Source: an uncultured Bacillota bacterium (GTDB lineage Bacteria > Bacillota_I > Bacilli_A > RF39 > UBA660). From it: 64,000 nucleotides of DNA. This document shows positions 39,644-49,618 of this stretch, one piece after another; position 1 is the first letter of the stretch, and each line of letters begins with the position of its first letter. The stretch lies in the NCBI GenBank assembly GCA_947644695.1, contig CANSAJ010000002.1, positions 3,219-67,218 on the forward strand, written 5' to 3'. Made by a program: the position numbers and the translations under genes. A model generated the notes under the pieces. The model saw nothing but the letters and a program-made list of their open reading frames with translations. It did not search any database and had not been told where the DNA came from.

Positions 39644-41650
39644 ATGTTTGGTAGAATTCTTTATATTAGTGATAATGTTGCTTTTATAGAAAATAAAGGT
39701 AATGATGAAACGAAAGGTGATTTGTTAAATTTACATTTAATTTTTGAGCACGATGATCAACATATTTTGGGTGAGATTCAAGAAATTAGAGACGATAAGA
39801 TAGAGGTTAGGTTTTTAGGAGAATTTGTTAATAAGAAATATTATAATGGTATTTTAAGAAAGGCTAGTTTAAATAGTAGTATTAGAACTATAAATCGTGA
39901 TGAGCTTTTGGAACTTGTTGGAGTGGAATCAAAAGAAAATTTTGTTTTAGGTAAAAGTGCTATTTATAAGGATTATGATGTTTGTCCTAATATTAATGAT
40001 CTATTTGCTAACCATTTATGTATTTTCGGAAACAGTGGAAGTGGTAAATCTTGTGGCGTTTCTAGAGTTGTTCAAAATATTTTAAGTAATAAGAATGCTT
40101 TGGCGTATAATGCAAATCTTATATTTTTTGATTCTTTTGGTGAATATAAGAATGCATTTAAGAGTATTAGTAATATAAATCCTAATTATAATTATAAATT
40201 TATTACTTCTAGATTAAGAGATGGAGATGATACTATGATTGGAATTCCTCTTAATTTGTTAAAAGTGGATGATTTTGGTATTTTACTTCAAGCAGATAAG
40301 CATTCTCAGTTGACTATTATAGATCGTGCGATTAAATATGCTAGAATATTTGCTATGGATACTCCAGAAGCTAATAATTATAAAAATAATATAATTGCTA
40401 AAGCTTTACTTACAATACTTTATAGTCAAAGTACTTCTAGTCAAAAGAAAGATGATATTTTTACAATAATAGATACTTGTCATACCAATGAATTTGATTT
40501 TGATTCGGTTATTCCAGGTATAGGTTATACTAGGAGTTTTAGTGAATGTTTTGCTATTGATTCTAAGGGACGTTTTGGTGAAGAAGTTTTAATTACTGAA
40601 TATATTTTAAAACATATAGATGAAAATATAGAAGAAGTTCAACCGCCAGAGAATGCTGTTTTTTCACTTGCGCAGCTTGCTAAGTCTTTAGAGTTTACTC
40701 TTATAAGTGAAGGATTTAATCAAAATAAGAATATGCATGATGATGCACAACTTTTAAAAGTTAGATTAAATTCTATATTGAAGAGTGATATGTGTAAATT
40801 TTTTACTTCTACAGAGTATGTTTCTTCAAGTAAGTTTGTAACAGATTTAGTTAGTAAAAATAATAGAAAGGCTCAGATTATTAATATTAATTTGGAAGGG
40901 TTAGATGATGGATATGCTAAGTCTTTAGTTAAAATATTTAGTAGGATTATTTTTGATTTTGCAAAGTCTAATGCTAATCGTGCGACTGTTCCTTTTCATT
41001 TATTTTTAGAGGAAGCTCATAGATATGTACAACAGGATAGTGATGTTTATTTACTAGGTTATAATATTTTTGATCGTATAGCTAAAGAGGGAAGAAAATA
41101 TGGTGTTATTTTGGATATTATAAGTCAAAGACCTGTTGAAATCTCTGATACTGTTGTTTCTCAGTGTTCTAATTTTTTGATTTTTAAGATGACACACCCT
41201 AAGGATATTAAATATATAGAGGAGATGTTACCTAATATTAGTTCTGATGTTATTGAAAAAATGAAGATCTTGCAACCAGGTACTTGTGTGGCATTTGGAA
41301 CTGCTTTTAAAATTCCTATGATTTGTAAATTAGATATGCCTAATCCTAGACCTTTTTCTGCGAGTTGTAATGTTTCTTCTTATTGGGATTCTAAAATAGA
41401 TATTAAAGGAGATTTAGGTACTTTAACTATGCAAAGATCTCAGGGGATGAATCAAGCTAATGTACAATCTTCTACGGGAGTTAATTATGCGAATGTAAAT
41501 ACTATGGGACAGCAAATGTATAGTAATGTTCAGAGTGTAAATGTGAATAGTTCAGTAAATCTTGGTGTAGGAAGAGAAAATGTTTCATCAATGTATAGTT
41601 CTAGTGCTGTTAATCAAAATGTTCCAAGTAATCAAGTAGATGTAAACTAG
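39644..41650 (+). CDS. HerA/FtsK-superfamily DUF87-type ATPase with C-terminal N/S/Q/V-rich low-complexity tail. Candidate substrate/coupling ATPase.
   Basis: Walker A IFGNSGSGKSCG. Walker B/DEAH-like HLFLEEAHRY. C-terminal ISQRP...SQCSNFLIFKM typical of the DUF87/HerA arginine-finger region. No TM. Start moved to MFGRILY after the aaaggtga RBS. Confidence 0.55.
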   Translation: MFGRILYISDNVAFIENKGNDETKGDLLNLHLIFEHDDQHILGEIQEIRDDKIEVRFLGEFVNKKYYNGILRKASLNSSIRTINRDELLELVGVESKENFVLGKSAIYKDYDVCPNINDLFANHLCIFGNSGSGKSCGVSRVVQNILSNKNALAYNANLIFFDSFGEYKNAFKSISNINPNYNYKFITSRLRDGDDTMIGIPLNLLKVDDFGILLQADKHSQLTIIDRAIKYARIFAMDTPEANNYKNNIIAKALLTILYSQSTSSQKKDDIFTIIDTCHTNEFDFDSVIPGIGYTRSFSECFAIDSKGRFGEEVLITEYILKHIDENIEEVQPPENAVFSLAQLAKSLEFTLISEGFNQNKNMHDDAQLLKVRLNSILKSDMCKFFTSTEYVSSSKFVTDLVSKNNRKAQIININLEGLDDGYAKSLVKIFSRIIFDFAKSNANRATVPFHLFLEEAHRYVQQDSDVYLLGYNIFDRIAKEGRKYGVILDIISQRPVEISDTVVSQCSNFLIFKMTHPKDIKYIEEMLPNISSDVIEKMKILQPGTCVAFGTAFKIPMICKLDMPNPRPFSASCNVSSYWDSKIDIKGDLGTLTMQRSQGMNQANVQSSTGVNYANVNTMGQQMYSNVQSVNVNSSVNLGVGRENVSSMYSSSAVNQNVPSNQVDVN

Positions 41651-41675
41651 GTGTTAGAAGCCTAGTTTTCTTTAT
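41646..41675 (+). terminator. Terminator-like hairpin (aactaggtgttagaagcctagtt + T-run)
   Basis: 7-bp stem plus ttttctttatg immediately after the ATPase stop. Confidence 0.45.
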
Positions 41676-41759
41676 GTTAAACTTTCTTTTATAAATATTT
41701 TCTTTACTTTTCGTTTGTTTCATATATATAATGTAAATATAGTAGAAAGGATAGACAAT

Positions 41760-43187
41760 ATGAAAGATATTTCAAAGTTAGAAGGAATAAAAAGGGGAAT
41801 AATAAATGGAGTAGTACCAACAGTACTTGCAGGGAGTTTAGTTTTTTCTAATGGAGGGATTATTCATGCAGATGCATTTGCATTTGAAGAGCCTAAAGTT
41901 ACTTATGAAGAATTTATTAAAGATAGTAATATTAAAGTTTTTATTAATGGAAGGCTAGTAGAGTTTAGTGATGATATGGGTTATCCATATGCAGAGAATG
42001 GGAGAACATATATTCCTCTTAGAGCAGTTGCTGAAGCTTTTAGAGCTTATGTAGGTTGGATGAATACAGCTCAAAGAGTTTATGTTAATAAACATGATAG
42101 AATAGCTGAACTAGTAATTGGTGAAGATAAGATTAAAATTGTTAATGGAACACCAATTTCTGATGATGTTAATTATGTGCCAATAGATACTAAAGCTGTA
42201 GTTAAAAATGGAAGAACATATATTCCTCTTAGAGCAATGTTTGAATGTTTTGGATTATCTGTGAGATGGGATGGTAATACAAATAGTGCTCATATAGAGA
42301 CATTAGGTGATAATATTTTTCCAAATATTGATTTTAAATCAGAAACTATTAGTATTAAAGATTTAGATGTTATAAAATTAGATGAAGTTATATATGATGG
42401 AGTGAGTATAGATAAGAGTTATGTTCAGGTTCTTAAGAATAGCGATCAATATAAAGTTTTAGTGGATAATAATAAAGCTTATATATTTTCTTATGGATAT
42501 TTAGCTGAGTTAGATTATTTATATGGTAAAGAAGATTATTATAGAGATAATATGTTTGGAGATAAGTTTGTTATTTTTAGAAGTATAAGTGAAGAGGAGT
42601 TTCAATTTTTTAGACAGTTTCATAGAACGGCATCATTTGAAGTGGACTATAGTTATAGAATGAATTTAAATGATTATTATGGTCCATCATACTATATAAC
42701 TCCTAGTTATGATAAAGATGAATATAATGAGCTTATGAAAATAGTTAAAGAAATAGTTTCTATAATTAAGAGTAAGACAAATGATCCTAGGGAACAAGTT
42801 ATTCTTGCTAATAAGCTTATTTTAGAAAGGGTAAAATTTGATGATGATGGAGTAATAGCAGAGGATGCTTATGATGCTTTTACATCACATAAAGGTACTT
42901 GTGGAGGTTTTCAAAGTGCATTTCAAATAGTTATGAATGAATTAGAAATTCCTTGTGTTAGTCAATCAGGTAGAATGACTGCTAATATGGGTGGTTATGC
43001 GCATGGTTGGAATCAGGTATATATAGATGGAGAATGGTATATAGTGGATGTATATCAAAATTCTAAATATGGAGAAGATTCTTTCTTATTTGTTTCACTT
43101 GATGATACACGTGCTAGTTATATGGTATTAGAGGAACAAGTTAAAAATGATTTAGATTTAATTAAATTAACTTATAGATTTGATTAA
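41760..43187 (+). CDS. Secreted protein with two copper-amine-oxidase-N-terminal-like repeats and a C-terminal transglutaminase-like cysteine-protease core
   Basis: Repeats GRTYIPLRAVAEAF / GRTYIPLRAMFECFG...WDG. Transglutaminase-like triad context HKGTCGGFQSAF...YAHGWNQVYIDGEWYIVDV. N-terminal signal-like hydrophobic segment. Confidence 0.5.
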   Translation: MKDISKLEGIKRGIINGVVPTVLAGSLVFSNGGIIHADAFAFEEPKVTYEEFIKDSNIKVFINGRLVEFSDDMGYPYAENGRTYIPLRAVAEAFRAYVGWMNTAQRVYVNKHDRIAELVIGEDKIKIVNGTPISDDVNYVPIDTKAVVKNGRTYIPLRAMFECFGLSVRWDGNTNSAHIETLGDNIFPNIDFKSETISIKDLDVIKLDEVIYDGVSIDKSYVQVLKNSDQYKVLVDNNKAYIFSYGYLAELDYLYGKEDYYRDNMFGDKFVIFRSISEEEFQFFRQFHRTASFEVDYSYRMNLNDYYGPSYYITPSYDKDEYNELMKIVKEIVSIIKSKTNDPREQVILANKLILERVKFDDDGVIAEDAYDAFTSHKGTCGGFQSAFQIVMNELEIPCVSQSGRMTANMGGYAHGWNQVYIDGEWYIVDVYQNSKYGEDSFLFVSLDDTRASYMVLEEQVKNDLDLIKLTYRFD

Positions 43188-43264
43188 ACTATTAAAGTAT
43201 GATATTGATAATTGTTTTATTAATTGTTATAATTCTAAGTATAAGAATACGGGGTGAAGCATTA

Positions 43265-43909
43265 ATGAAAAAATTATCTTTTTTTCTTGTTATGTTTTTT
43301 TTAAATATTGTTATTATGAATGCAGAGTGTACTTATAAGGAGATTAAAGAGATTAATACTATGGCAAGTTATATTACTACTAATTATCAATATAATGATA
43401 AGACTAGTAAATTTGATCTTAGAATTGTTAATTTATCTAATTTGATAGCTATTGAGTATGAAGGAAAACTTTTATTTCCTGAAAATGGAGAGGTTGTTAT
43501 TAAAGATTTAGAACTTGGTAGTCAGATTAAAGCTACTGCTACGTCAATTACTCAGACAGAATGTTATGGGCAAATTCTTAGGACAATAACAGTTAATCTT
43601 CCTTATTTAAATCCATTTTATAATGATAAAAGTTGTGCAGGGCATGAGAATTTAAATGTGTGTAATTCTAGGTTTTTAGATTATAAAATTACTAGGAGTA
43701 CATTTAGAACTTTGATAGAAAAAAATAAAGAGAATATTTTTAAAGATAGTGAGGAAGAACCAAATAAGGTAGTAAAACCAGTGTTTTGGGAATCAGTATG
43801 GAGTGGAGTTAAGAAGTATTCTATTCCTGTTATTTTAGTTATAGTATCAACTCTTATTAGTTCTTTAATTATGAGTGTTATATATAGAAGAATTAAACAT
43901 GGTTTTTAG
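43265..43909 (+). CDS. Secreted protein with C-terminal TM anchor and basic tail
   Basis: Signal MKKLSFFLVMFFLNIVIMNA. C-terminal IPVILVIVSTLISSLIMSVIY plus RRIKHGF. Confidence 0.35.
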   Translation: MKKLSFFLVMFFLNIVIMNAECTYKEIKEINTMASYITTNYQYNDKTSKFDLRIVNLSNLIAIEYEGKLLFPENGEVVIKDLELGSQIKATATSITQTECYGQILRTITVNLPYLNPFYNDKSCAGHENLNVCNSRFLDYKITRSTFRTLIEKNKENIFKDSEEEPNKVVKPVFWESVWSGVKKYSIPVILVIVSTLISSLIMSVIYRRIKHGF

Positions 43910-43927
43910 TTATAAAGGGTTAAAGTT

Positions 43928-45058
43928 ATGAATGAGTATTTTATTTATCCTGGTATTGGTAAAATAGTATTAGTAAGTAAAAATGTTTTTTATAAAGAAC
44001 TTCAAGATAAGTTAGTTAAACTTGAAAGTGAAGAATTAAAATTAATAGATAGACTTTTTAATAATTATAGTGAATTTTTGTTAAGTAAATTTTTGATGGA
44101 TTTATTAGATTCTAATTCTAAATTAGCTAAGTTTAATAATGATACTTTTCGTTATATGTTAGAGTTTATAGAAGATTTAATTCCAGAAAAATATAGAGAT
44201 ACTTTTTATGAAAATTTAAAAACTTTAGAAATTGAATCTGGAATAGAATATGTACCATTAAATGAAGAAGAATCAAAAAATAAACTTAATATGGGTGGAT
44301 ATTGTATTAATTATAATCGTTTAGTAATTTATAAACATACTATAGATGGATTAACTGAATATGCTAAGAGTTGTGAAAATCCTGATGAAGTGTTTGGTAG
44401 AGAAATAAATCGTCTATTTTTTCATGAATTACTGCATATGGCTAGTAGTTCTTTTGATAAAGAGACAGGTGTAATTACTAGTGGATTTGGAGATTCAGTT
44501 AGCTTGATGAATCGTGGTTTAACTGAAGGATTCACAGAATTATTATCGATGATTAGTATACCAGGTACTTTAGAAATAAATTCTTTTTATTATCCATTTA
44601 TTTTACTTTCTAAGCAACTTGTTTATTTAGTTGGTATGGATGTAATGATGAAATCTTATTTTGGGACACATGATACACGTTTAATAGAGAAAGAGCTTAA
44701 TAAAATAGAAAATAATGAAGGATTTTCATTTGGTTTACTTTCTAATATTGAATCAAGTTTTATGATAAAAGAAAACTTAGGTGATGTTAAACAGACATTT
44801 ATGGGATCTGCTCAGAATTTGATGGTATATTATTTTGAGCAAAAAATGATAAAAGCAATAGAAGAGAGATCAATTAGTAAAAAAGAAGTAGAAGAATTAA
44901 TAACGGATTTTGAAAATTCTTTGATAGCACCTGAAATTTTATCTCTTAATAAGCTAAATAGTGAGAATTATGTTGGTATTGATAAAAGTTTAAATGCATT
45001 TAGGAGTTCTAAAGAGTATATTTTATCTCTTTTAAATGAAGCTCAGTTGAAAGGCTAA
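43928..45058 (+). CDS. HExxH-motif (putative zinc metallopeptidase-like) cytoplasmic protein
   Basis: FHELLHMASS motif. No signal peptide. 376 aa. Family not assigned. Confidence 0.35.
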   Translation: MNEYFIYPGIGKIVLVSKNVFYKELQDKLVKLESEELKLIDRLFNNYSEFLLSKFLMDLLDSNSKLAKFNNDTFRYMLEFIEDLIPEKYRDTFYENLKTLEIESGIEYVPLNEEESKNKLNMGGYCINYNRLVIYKHTIDGLTEYAKSCENPDEVFGREINRLFFHELLHMASSSFDKETGVITSGFGDSVSLMNRGLTEGFTELLSMISIPGTLEINSFYYPFILLSKQLVYLVGMDVMMKSYFGTHDTRLIEKELNKIENNEGFSFGLLSNIESSFMIKENLGDVKQTFMGSAQNLMVYYFEQKMIKAIEERSISKKEVEELITDFENSLIAPEILSLNKLNSENYVGIDKSLNAFRSSKEYILSLLNEAQLKG

Positions 45059-45065
45059 AAAAAGT

Positions 45066-45095
45066 GTGGTTTGTAGTGTACAAACCTTTTTTTCT
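45066..45095 (+). terminator. Rho-independent terminator (ggtttgtagtgtacaaacc + T7)
   Basis: 8-bp perfect stem plus tttttttc right after the 45058 stop. Confidence 0.6.
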
Positions 45096-45141
45096 TTGTT
45101 ATAATATGGTTATAGTTAAAATAGTGAGGTGAAAGATATAG

Positions 45142-45810
45142 ATGAGGAATATAAAAAATATGTTAGTGTTTTCACTTTTGTTATTCTTTTTAATTAATGT
45201 TCCTTTATTAAAAGCAGATACATGTTCTGATAGTGTTAAAGAGGCTGAAGATATAGAGGTTACTACTAAAGTTGAGACCGTTAAATGGGAAGATAATGGT
45301 GGAATAACAAGTTATAATATATATGTTATTATAAAAAATATTACTGCTAATACTTATGTTGTTGTTATGAATGACCTTAATGATAAAGTAGAATATTTAG
45401 GGTATGAAGATTCAGATAATGGTGTAATAAAATTAAAAACATATAATCCATATAAAAAAATAAATTATGTAGTTAGGGCTTATACTAAGGATGTTTCTTG
45501 TAAGGAAGAGGCTGTAAGTACTAAAAAAGTTAGTCCTGCAGTGTTTAATAGTTATCATGAAATGGAAATATGCGGTGGGCGTGATGATATAGAAATGTGT
45601 GAACAATTTTATGATTCAAGTAAGATGAATATAGATGAGTTTAGAGAAGAAGTTCAAAAAATTATAGATGAGAAGAATAAAAATATTTTATGGTATATTG
45701 CAGATTTTCTTAAAAAGTATTATTTATTTATATTGATTCCTATAGTTATTGTTGTTTCTATTTTTGGAGTAAGAATAGCAATATTGAAAAGAGGTAAAGA
45801 TGATGAGTAG
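45142..45810 (+). CDS. Secreted Cys-containing protein with C-terminal TM anchor
   Basis: Signal MLVFSLLLFFLINVPLLKA. C-terminal LFILIPIVIVVSIFGVRIAIL plus KRGKDDE. Same architecture as 43265..43909. Confidence 0.35.
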   Translation: MRNIKNMLVFSLLLFFLINVPLLKADTCSDSVKEAEDIEVTTKVETVKWEDNGGITSYNIYVIIKNITANTYVVVMNDLNDKVEYLGYEDSDNGVIKLKTYNPYKKINYVVRAYTKDVSCKEEAVSTKKVSPAVFNSYHEMEICGGRDDIEMCEQFYDSSKMNIDEFREEVQKIIDEKNKNILWYIADFLKKYYLFILIPIVIVVSIFGVRIAILKRGKDDE

Positions 45811-48800
45811 TAAATTTAAAAGATATGTACATTTAACTTTATTTGTTTTTTGTTTATTGATTTTGCCTAATACATTGTTTGCTTTAGATGAAACAATTAC
45901 AGTTTATAATGGTGACAGAATTGAGGGTGGTTATGGGCATATAAATGGTGAAGAGGTAAGGGTTTACTCGACGACTTATCATACATCTGGAGGTACTGCT
46001 TATTGTTTGAATCCTGGTAAGCCTTTTCCGAATGAAGATAAAAATCAGAGTCAAACATATCACTTGAAAGATGTTTATGATTTATCTTCTTGTAAAAAGA
46101 GTAATGATAATATTTATTGTGGCTTTGCTTATGTTATTCAAGCTGCTGAATATAGATTTGGAGGAGATTATGTAACAGTAGATACTGGCCTTCGTTTATT
46201 TGCAGCATATAATGGTTTTAATCCTTCTGATGAGGATTATTGGTCTGATGCTGATGGAAAAAAATATGATAGAGCTTTTATTTACAAAACAACAGCTAAT
46301 TTGATAAAAGATGGACAATATAAAGATGGTGCATGGTTAAAAGAAGGGGTTTTATATGGTGATACTCCTGGTATAGCTCAGGGAATGGATTTGTTTGCTG
46401 AAACAACTTCACCATGGGGAGCTGATTTGTGGTATCCAGCTTCTGAACTTTTAGATGTTAAGTCTGTTACTGATGGTAAAAGCTATTTAGAGAAAGGTAA
46501 AAATGGTGTAAAACCTATTCCTAAAAATGCAGGTCCATTTACAATAACTGTACAGACAACATTTAACGAACATACGAAGGAAAAGACTGTAAGTGTTGAT
46601 AATGGTGCAATTATTCAGAGTGAAAGTTGGGGTAATTGTCCTGAGAATAATAAAGTTTTATGTTTGACATTAACTGTTGACACTTCTCAAGTTACATCAG
46701 ATGAATTTAATATTTTAGTTGATTATGTACAAACAGGAGATTTATCTGGAAGTATGGGGTATTATGAACCTGATGCGGGTACTGGTTTTCAAAATATGAT
46801 TATATACGAGCCAAGTCATGATCCAGTTAGATTTGAGATACCTATTAAGTTAAAAACTGATACATGTAGAGTTGAGACTAATCCTGAAACTAATGAAATG
46901 ATTTGTTATGATATTAATGGTAAACCTGATTGTCAAAGTTATTTAGAAACATGTGAAGCTGGTATATGTCAACCACCTACATATAGTCCAATAGTAGATG
47001 ATTATATTTGTTATGATGCATATGGAAATATGGATTGTGATAGTTATTATGAAACTTGTGAAACTGATTTGTGTGAAGAACCTTATACAAGTATTACATA
47101 TGATTTACCTAGTGAGTGTGAAGAAGGCGGACACACTAATGAAATAAATGATCCTGAGGTATGTACACTTTTACATACTAATAAGACAGTAGAAGAGAAT
47201 TATTCTACTAGTTATGGTAATGCTTATTGTAAAATTCTATGTAGAGAAACATTAAAGTTTTCATTTATGAGTAAAGAGGAAGCTCAGGCAGGACGGTATT
47301 TTCAACATAATGTAGAAGCAAAATATTCACAGATATCTAATTTAAGTACTGTTATTATGTCTACTAGACAATGTGCAAACGAAATAGATTATGATGAGTG
47401 GAAAGGCGACTATAATGAAACAAATGCTGCAGTATTAAGTTCTTGGAATGCTTTAAAATTTTGGGAAACTTTATATAATCATATAGGTGAATATCATGAA
47501 GAGAAGTATTATCAAAGTTGTAAGCATAGTACAGGATGTTGTGATAGAAGTTGTACTGAAACTGATAGTGAAGGTAATGATTATAATGTTTGTTGCGATG
47601 ACGGATGTTCTATAGGAGACTGTGGTCAAGATTATTACGTTTGGTATTGGGGATATATGGGATCAGGGCCGTTCCCATATAATATTAGTGATGAATATGG
47701 TGGGACAAGTAGAGATGAAGCTACTCATACTAGTGGTAGTGCAACTTGTAATGCAAATTGTTGTAGTGGTACTTGTCAAGTGACAATTAAACCGCCAACA
47801 GATGCAGAAATAAGATCTAATTATAGAGCGGCTCTTGGTGCTTATAAAAGTAATCTTTCTAGAAGAGATCAATTACTTTATCAGTTACAAGATTGTAACT
47901 ATGTAACTGATGTTAAGGTTGATGGAACTTATTATAAACCAGATGGTGGATATTATACTGTATCACAAGAAGGTAATTATCATACAAATGCAGCGCTTAA
48001 AACTTATCAACAGGTTAAAAAGTATGAACCAGGTAACATTGTAGATGTAGATTATGAGGAAAATTATACATATAATGAAGGCTTTAATATATCAAGACCA
48101 CTTGATAGAGATGTTACAGAATTACAGTTGATAGAAAGAAATTATAATAACGATGAAGATTGGCATAGTTACTGTGGTAGTGAATGTACTAAAGATTTGT
48201 CAACGCTTTCTAAGAATTTTTCTACTGAAAGACTTACTTATTTTGATTGTTCTGGTAGTGAAGAAGGTGCTCAATGTACTAGACAAGAAGTTACAGTTCC
48301 AATAAGTAAAGTTGCTAATATAATTTTAGAAAGAGAAACTGCTCATTATCAAGGTACAGACTTTTATACTCAGGTATTTACTGGTGATATATCAACATCT
48401 GGTGGAAGTTTAGGATATTGGATTCCAATGGAACCTCATCCATGGCCTGTAGGTATTAAGAGAATAACTGGTGATTATGAGATGGAAATCACTTTAGAGA
48501 AGTTAGGAGATCCTAAGAGAGTAGTTAAAATAGAAGATCAAGACTTGATGTGTTCTTATCATGTTACTAATGATTTAACAATTTATGATTGTGATGATGG
48601 ATATCATGTATGTTATCCATGTGATCCAGATGATGAGTATTGTTATCAAGATCCTACTCCTGGAGAAGAGTCAAGACCTGATTATGATTTAGGTGTATAC
48701 TTTAGAAGCATAGACTTAGAAGATATATTCCCTAATTCACAATTTAGTCCTAAGGATGGAGTTAATACTCCTGTTACAAGACGTATAGGTCAGAACTGGG

Positions 48801-49093
48801 CATCTCAGGGAAATATTATAAAAGAGATACAAGATTTAGGTGATAAAATTTGGACTAATACACCACAGTATTCAATAGTGTTATCACCAAGTACAATTAA
48901 GAAAATTAAATCTTATAATAAACAAAGGCATGATTATTTAGATTATTCTATATCATGTGATGCTAATTTAAGATGTACTAGTGATTTCTTAAATAGTAGT
49001 TTAAAAACTATTTTAGAAGATAAATATTATGATTTATATAAAAAAGATACTACGATATCAAATGATAGGCTTTATTATTACAAAGGACAGTGA
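45800..49093 (+). CDS. Large (1097 aa) secreted, extremely cysteine-rich protein. Candidate pilus-tip or mating adhesin.
   Basis: Signal peptide VHLTLFVFCLLILPNTLFA. More than 60 Cys, including clusters such as CDRSCTETDSEGNDYNVCCDDGCSIGDCGQD and CYPCDPDDEYC. Overlaps the upstream gene by 11 nt. Confidence 0.4.
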   Translation: MMSSKFKRYVHLTLFVFCLLILPNTLFALDETITVYNGDRIEGGYGHINGEEVRVYSTTYHTSGGTAYCLNPGKPFPNEDKNQSQTYHLKDVYDLSSCKKSNDNIYCGFAYVIQAAEYRFGGDYVTVDTGLRLFAAYNGFNPSDEDYWSDADGKKYDRAFIYKTTANLIKDGQYKDGAWLKEGVLYGDTPGIAQGMDLFAETTSPWGADLWYPASELLDVKSVTDGKSYLEKGKNGVKPIPKNAGPFTITVQTTFNEHTKEKTVSVDNGAIIQSESWGNCPENNKVLCLTLTVDTSQVTSDEFNILVDYVQTGDLSGSMGYYEPDAGTGFQNMIIYEPSHDPVRFEIPIKLKTDTCRVETNPETNEMICYDINGKPDCQSYLETCEAGICQPPTYSPIVDDYICYDAYGNMDCDSYYETCETDLCEEPYTSITYDLPSECEEGGHTNEINDPEVCTLLHTNKTVEENYSTSYGNAYCKILCRETLKFSFMSKEEAQAGRYFQHNVEAKYSQISNLSTVIMSTRQCANEIDYDEWKGDYNETNAAVLSSWNALKFWETLYNHIGEYHEEKYYQSCKHSTGCCDRSCTETDSEGNDYNVCCDDGCSIGDCGQDYYVWYWGYMGSGPFPYNISDEYGGTSRDEATHTSGSATCNANCCSGTCQVTIKPPTDAEIRSNYRAALGAYKSNLSRRDQLLYQLQDCNYVTDVKVDGTYYKPDGGYYTVSQEGNYHTNAALKTYQQVKKYEPGNIVDVDYEENYTYNEGFNISRPLDRDVTELQLIERNYNNDEDWHSYCGSECTKDLSTLSKNFSTERLTYFDCSGSEEGAQCTRQEVTVPISKVANIILERETAHYQGTDFYTQVFTGDISTSGGSLGYWIPMEPHPWPVGIKRITGDYEMEITLEKLGDPKRVVKIEDQDLMCSYHVTNDLTIYDCDDGYHVCYPCDPDDEYCYQDPTPGEESRPDYDLGVYFRSIDLEDIFPNSQFSPKDGVNTPVTRRIGQNWASQGNIIKEIQDLGDKIWTNTPQYSIVLSPSTIKKIKSYNKQRHDYLDYSISCDANLRCTSDFLNSSLKTILEDKYYDLYKKDTTISNDRLYYYKGQ

Positions 49094-49105
49094 GGTGGTT
49101 AGTTA

Positions 49106-49513
49106 GTGAAAGAGACGTTTTGGACATATTTATTAATTATAATAGGTATATTTGTAATAGTTGTTATGATTTTAGTTCAAGATTTGACAGGTACTACTGA
49201 AGAAGATTATTACCTTACTAAAGAAATAATGCAAGCAGCAATGATTGATTCTATAGATTATGGTGTTTATAGACATTATGGAGATATTAGAATTATAGAA
49301 GAAAAGTTTGTTGAGAATTTTACTAGAAGATTTAGTGAAAGTGTTAATTCTACTAAGACATATCAAATAGAATTTTATGAGATATATGAGTCTCCACCTA
49401 AAGCTACAGTTAGAGTTAAGACTGCTACTAGTGAATATCAGGTTACAAGTGATTCTTCAGTTGACTTTGATATAGTTACTATATTAAGTGGTATATTAGA
49501 GACTAAATATTAA
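49106..49513 (+). CDS. Small bitopic protein (N-terminal TM plus about 100-aa extracytoplasmic domain). Possible VirB8-like or minor-pilin-like component.
   Basis: GTG start after a gaggtgg RBS. TM TYLLIIIGIFVIVVMILV. Confidence 0.3.
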   Translation: MKETFWTYLLIIIGIFVIVVMILVQDLTGTTEEDYYLTKEIMQAAMIDSIDYGVYRHYGDIRIIEEKFVENFTRRFSESVNSTKTYQIEFYEIYESPPKATVRVKTATSEYQVTSDSSVDFDIVTILSGILETKY

Positions 49514-49527
49514 TAATTATAATAAAG

Positions 49528-49558
49528 AGAAGGAAATGTTTCCTTTTCTTTTGTTTTG
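49528..49558 (+). terminator. Terminator-like hairpin (aaggaaatgtttcctt + T-rich)
   Basis: 7-bp stem plus ttcttttgtttt. Confidence 0.45.
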
Positions 49559-49618
49559 TGTTGAATTTCTTTTTGTAATGCTTTATAATAGGATATATAG
49601 TAAGAATAGGAGGAGTTT

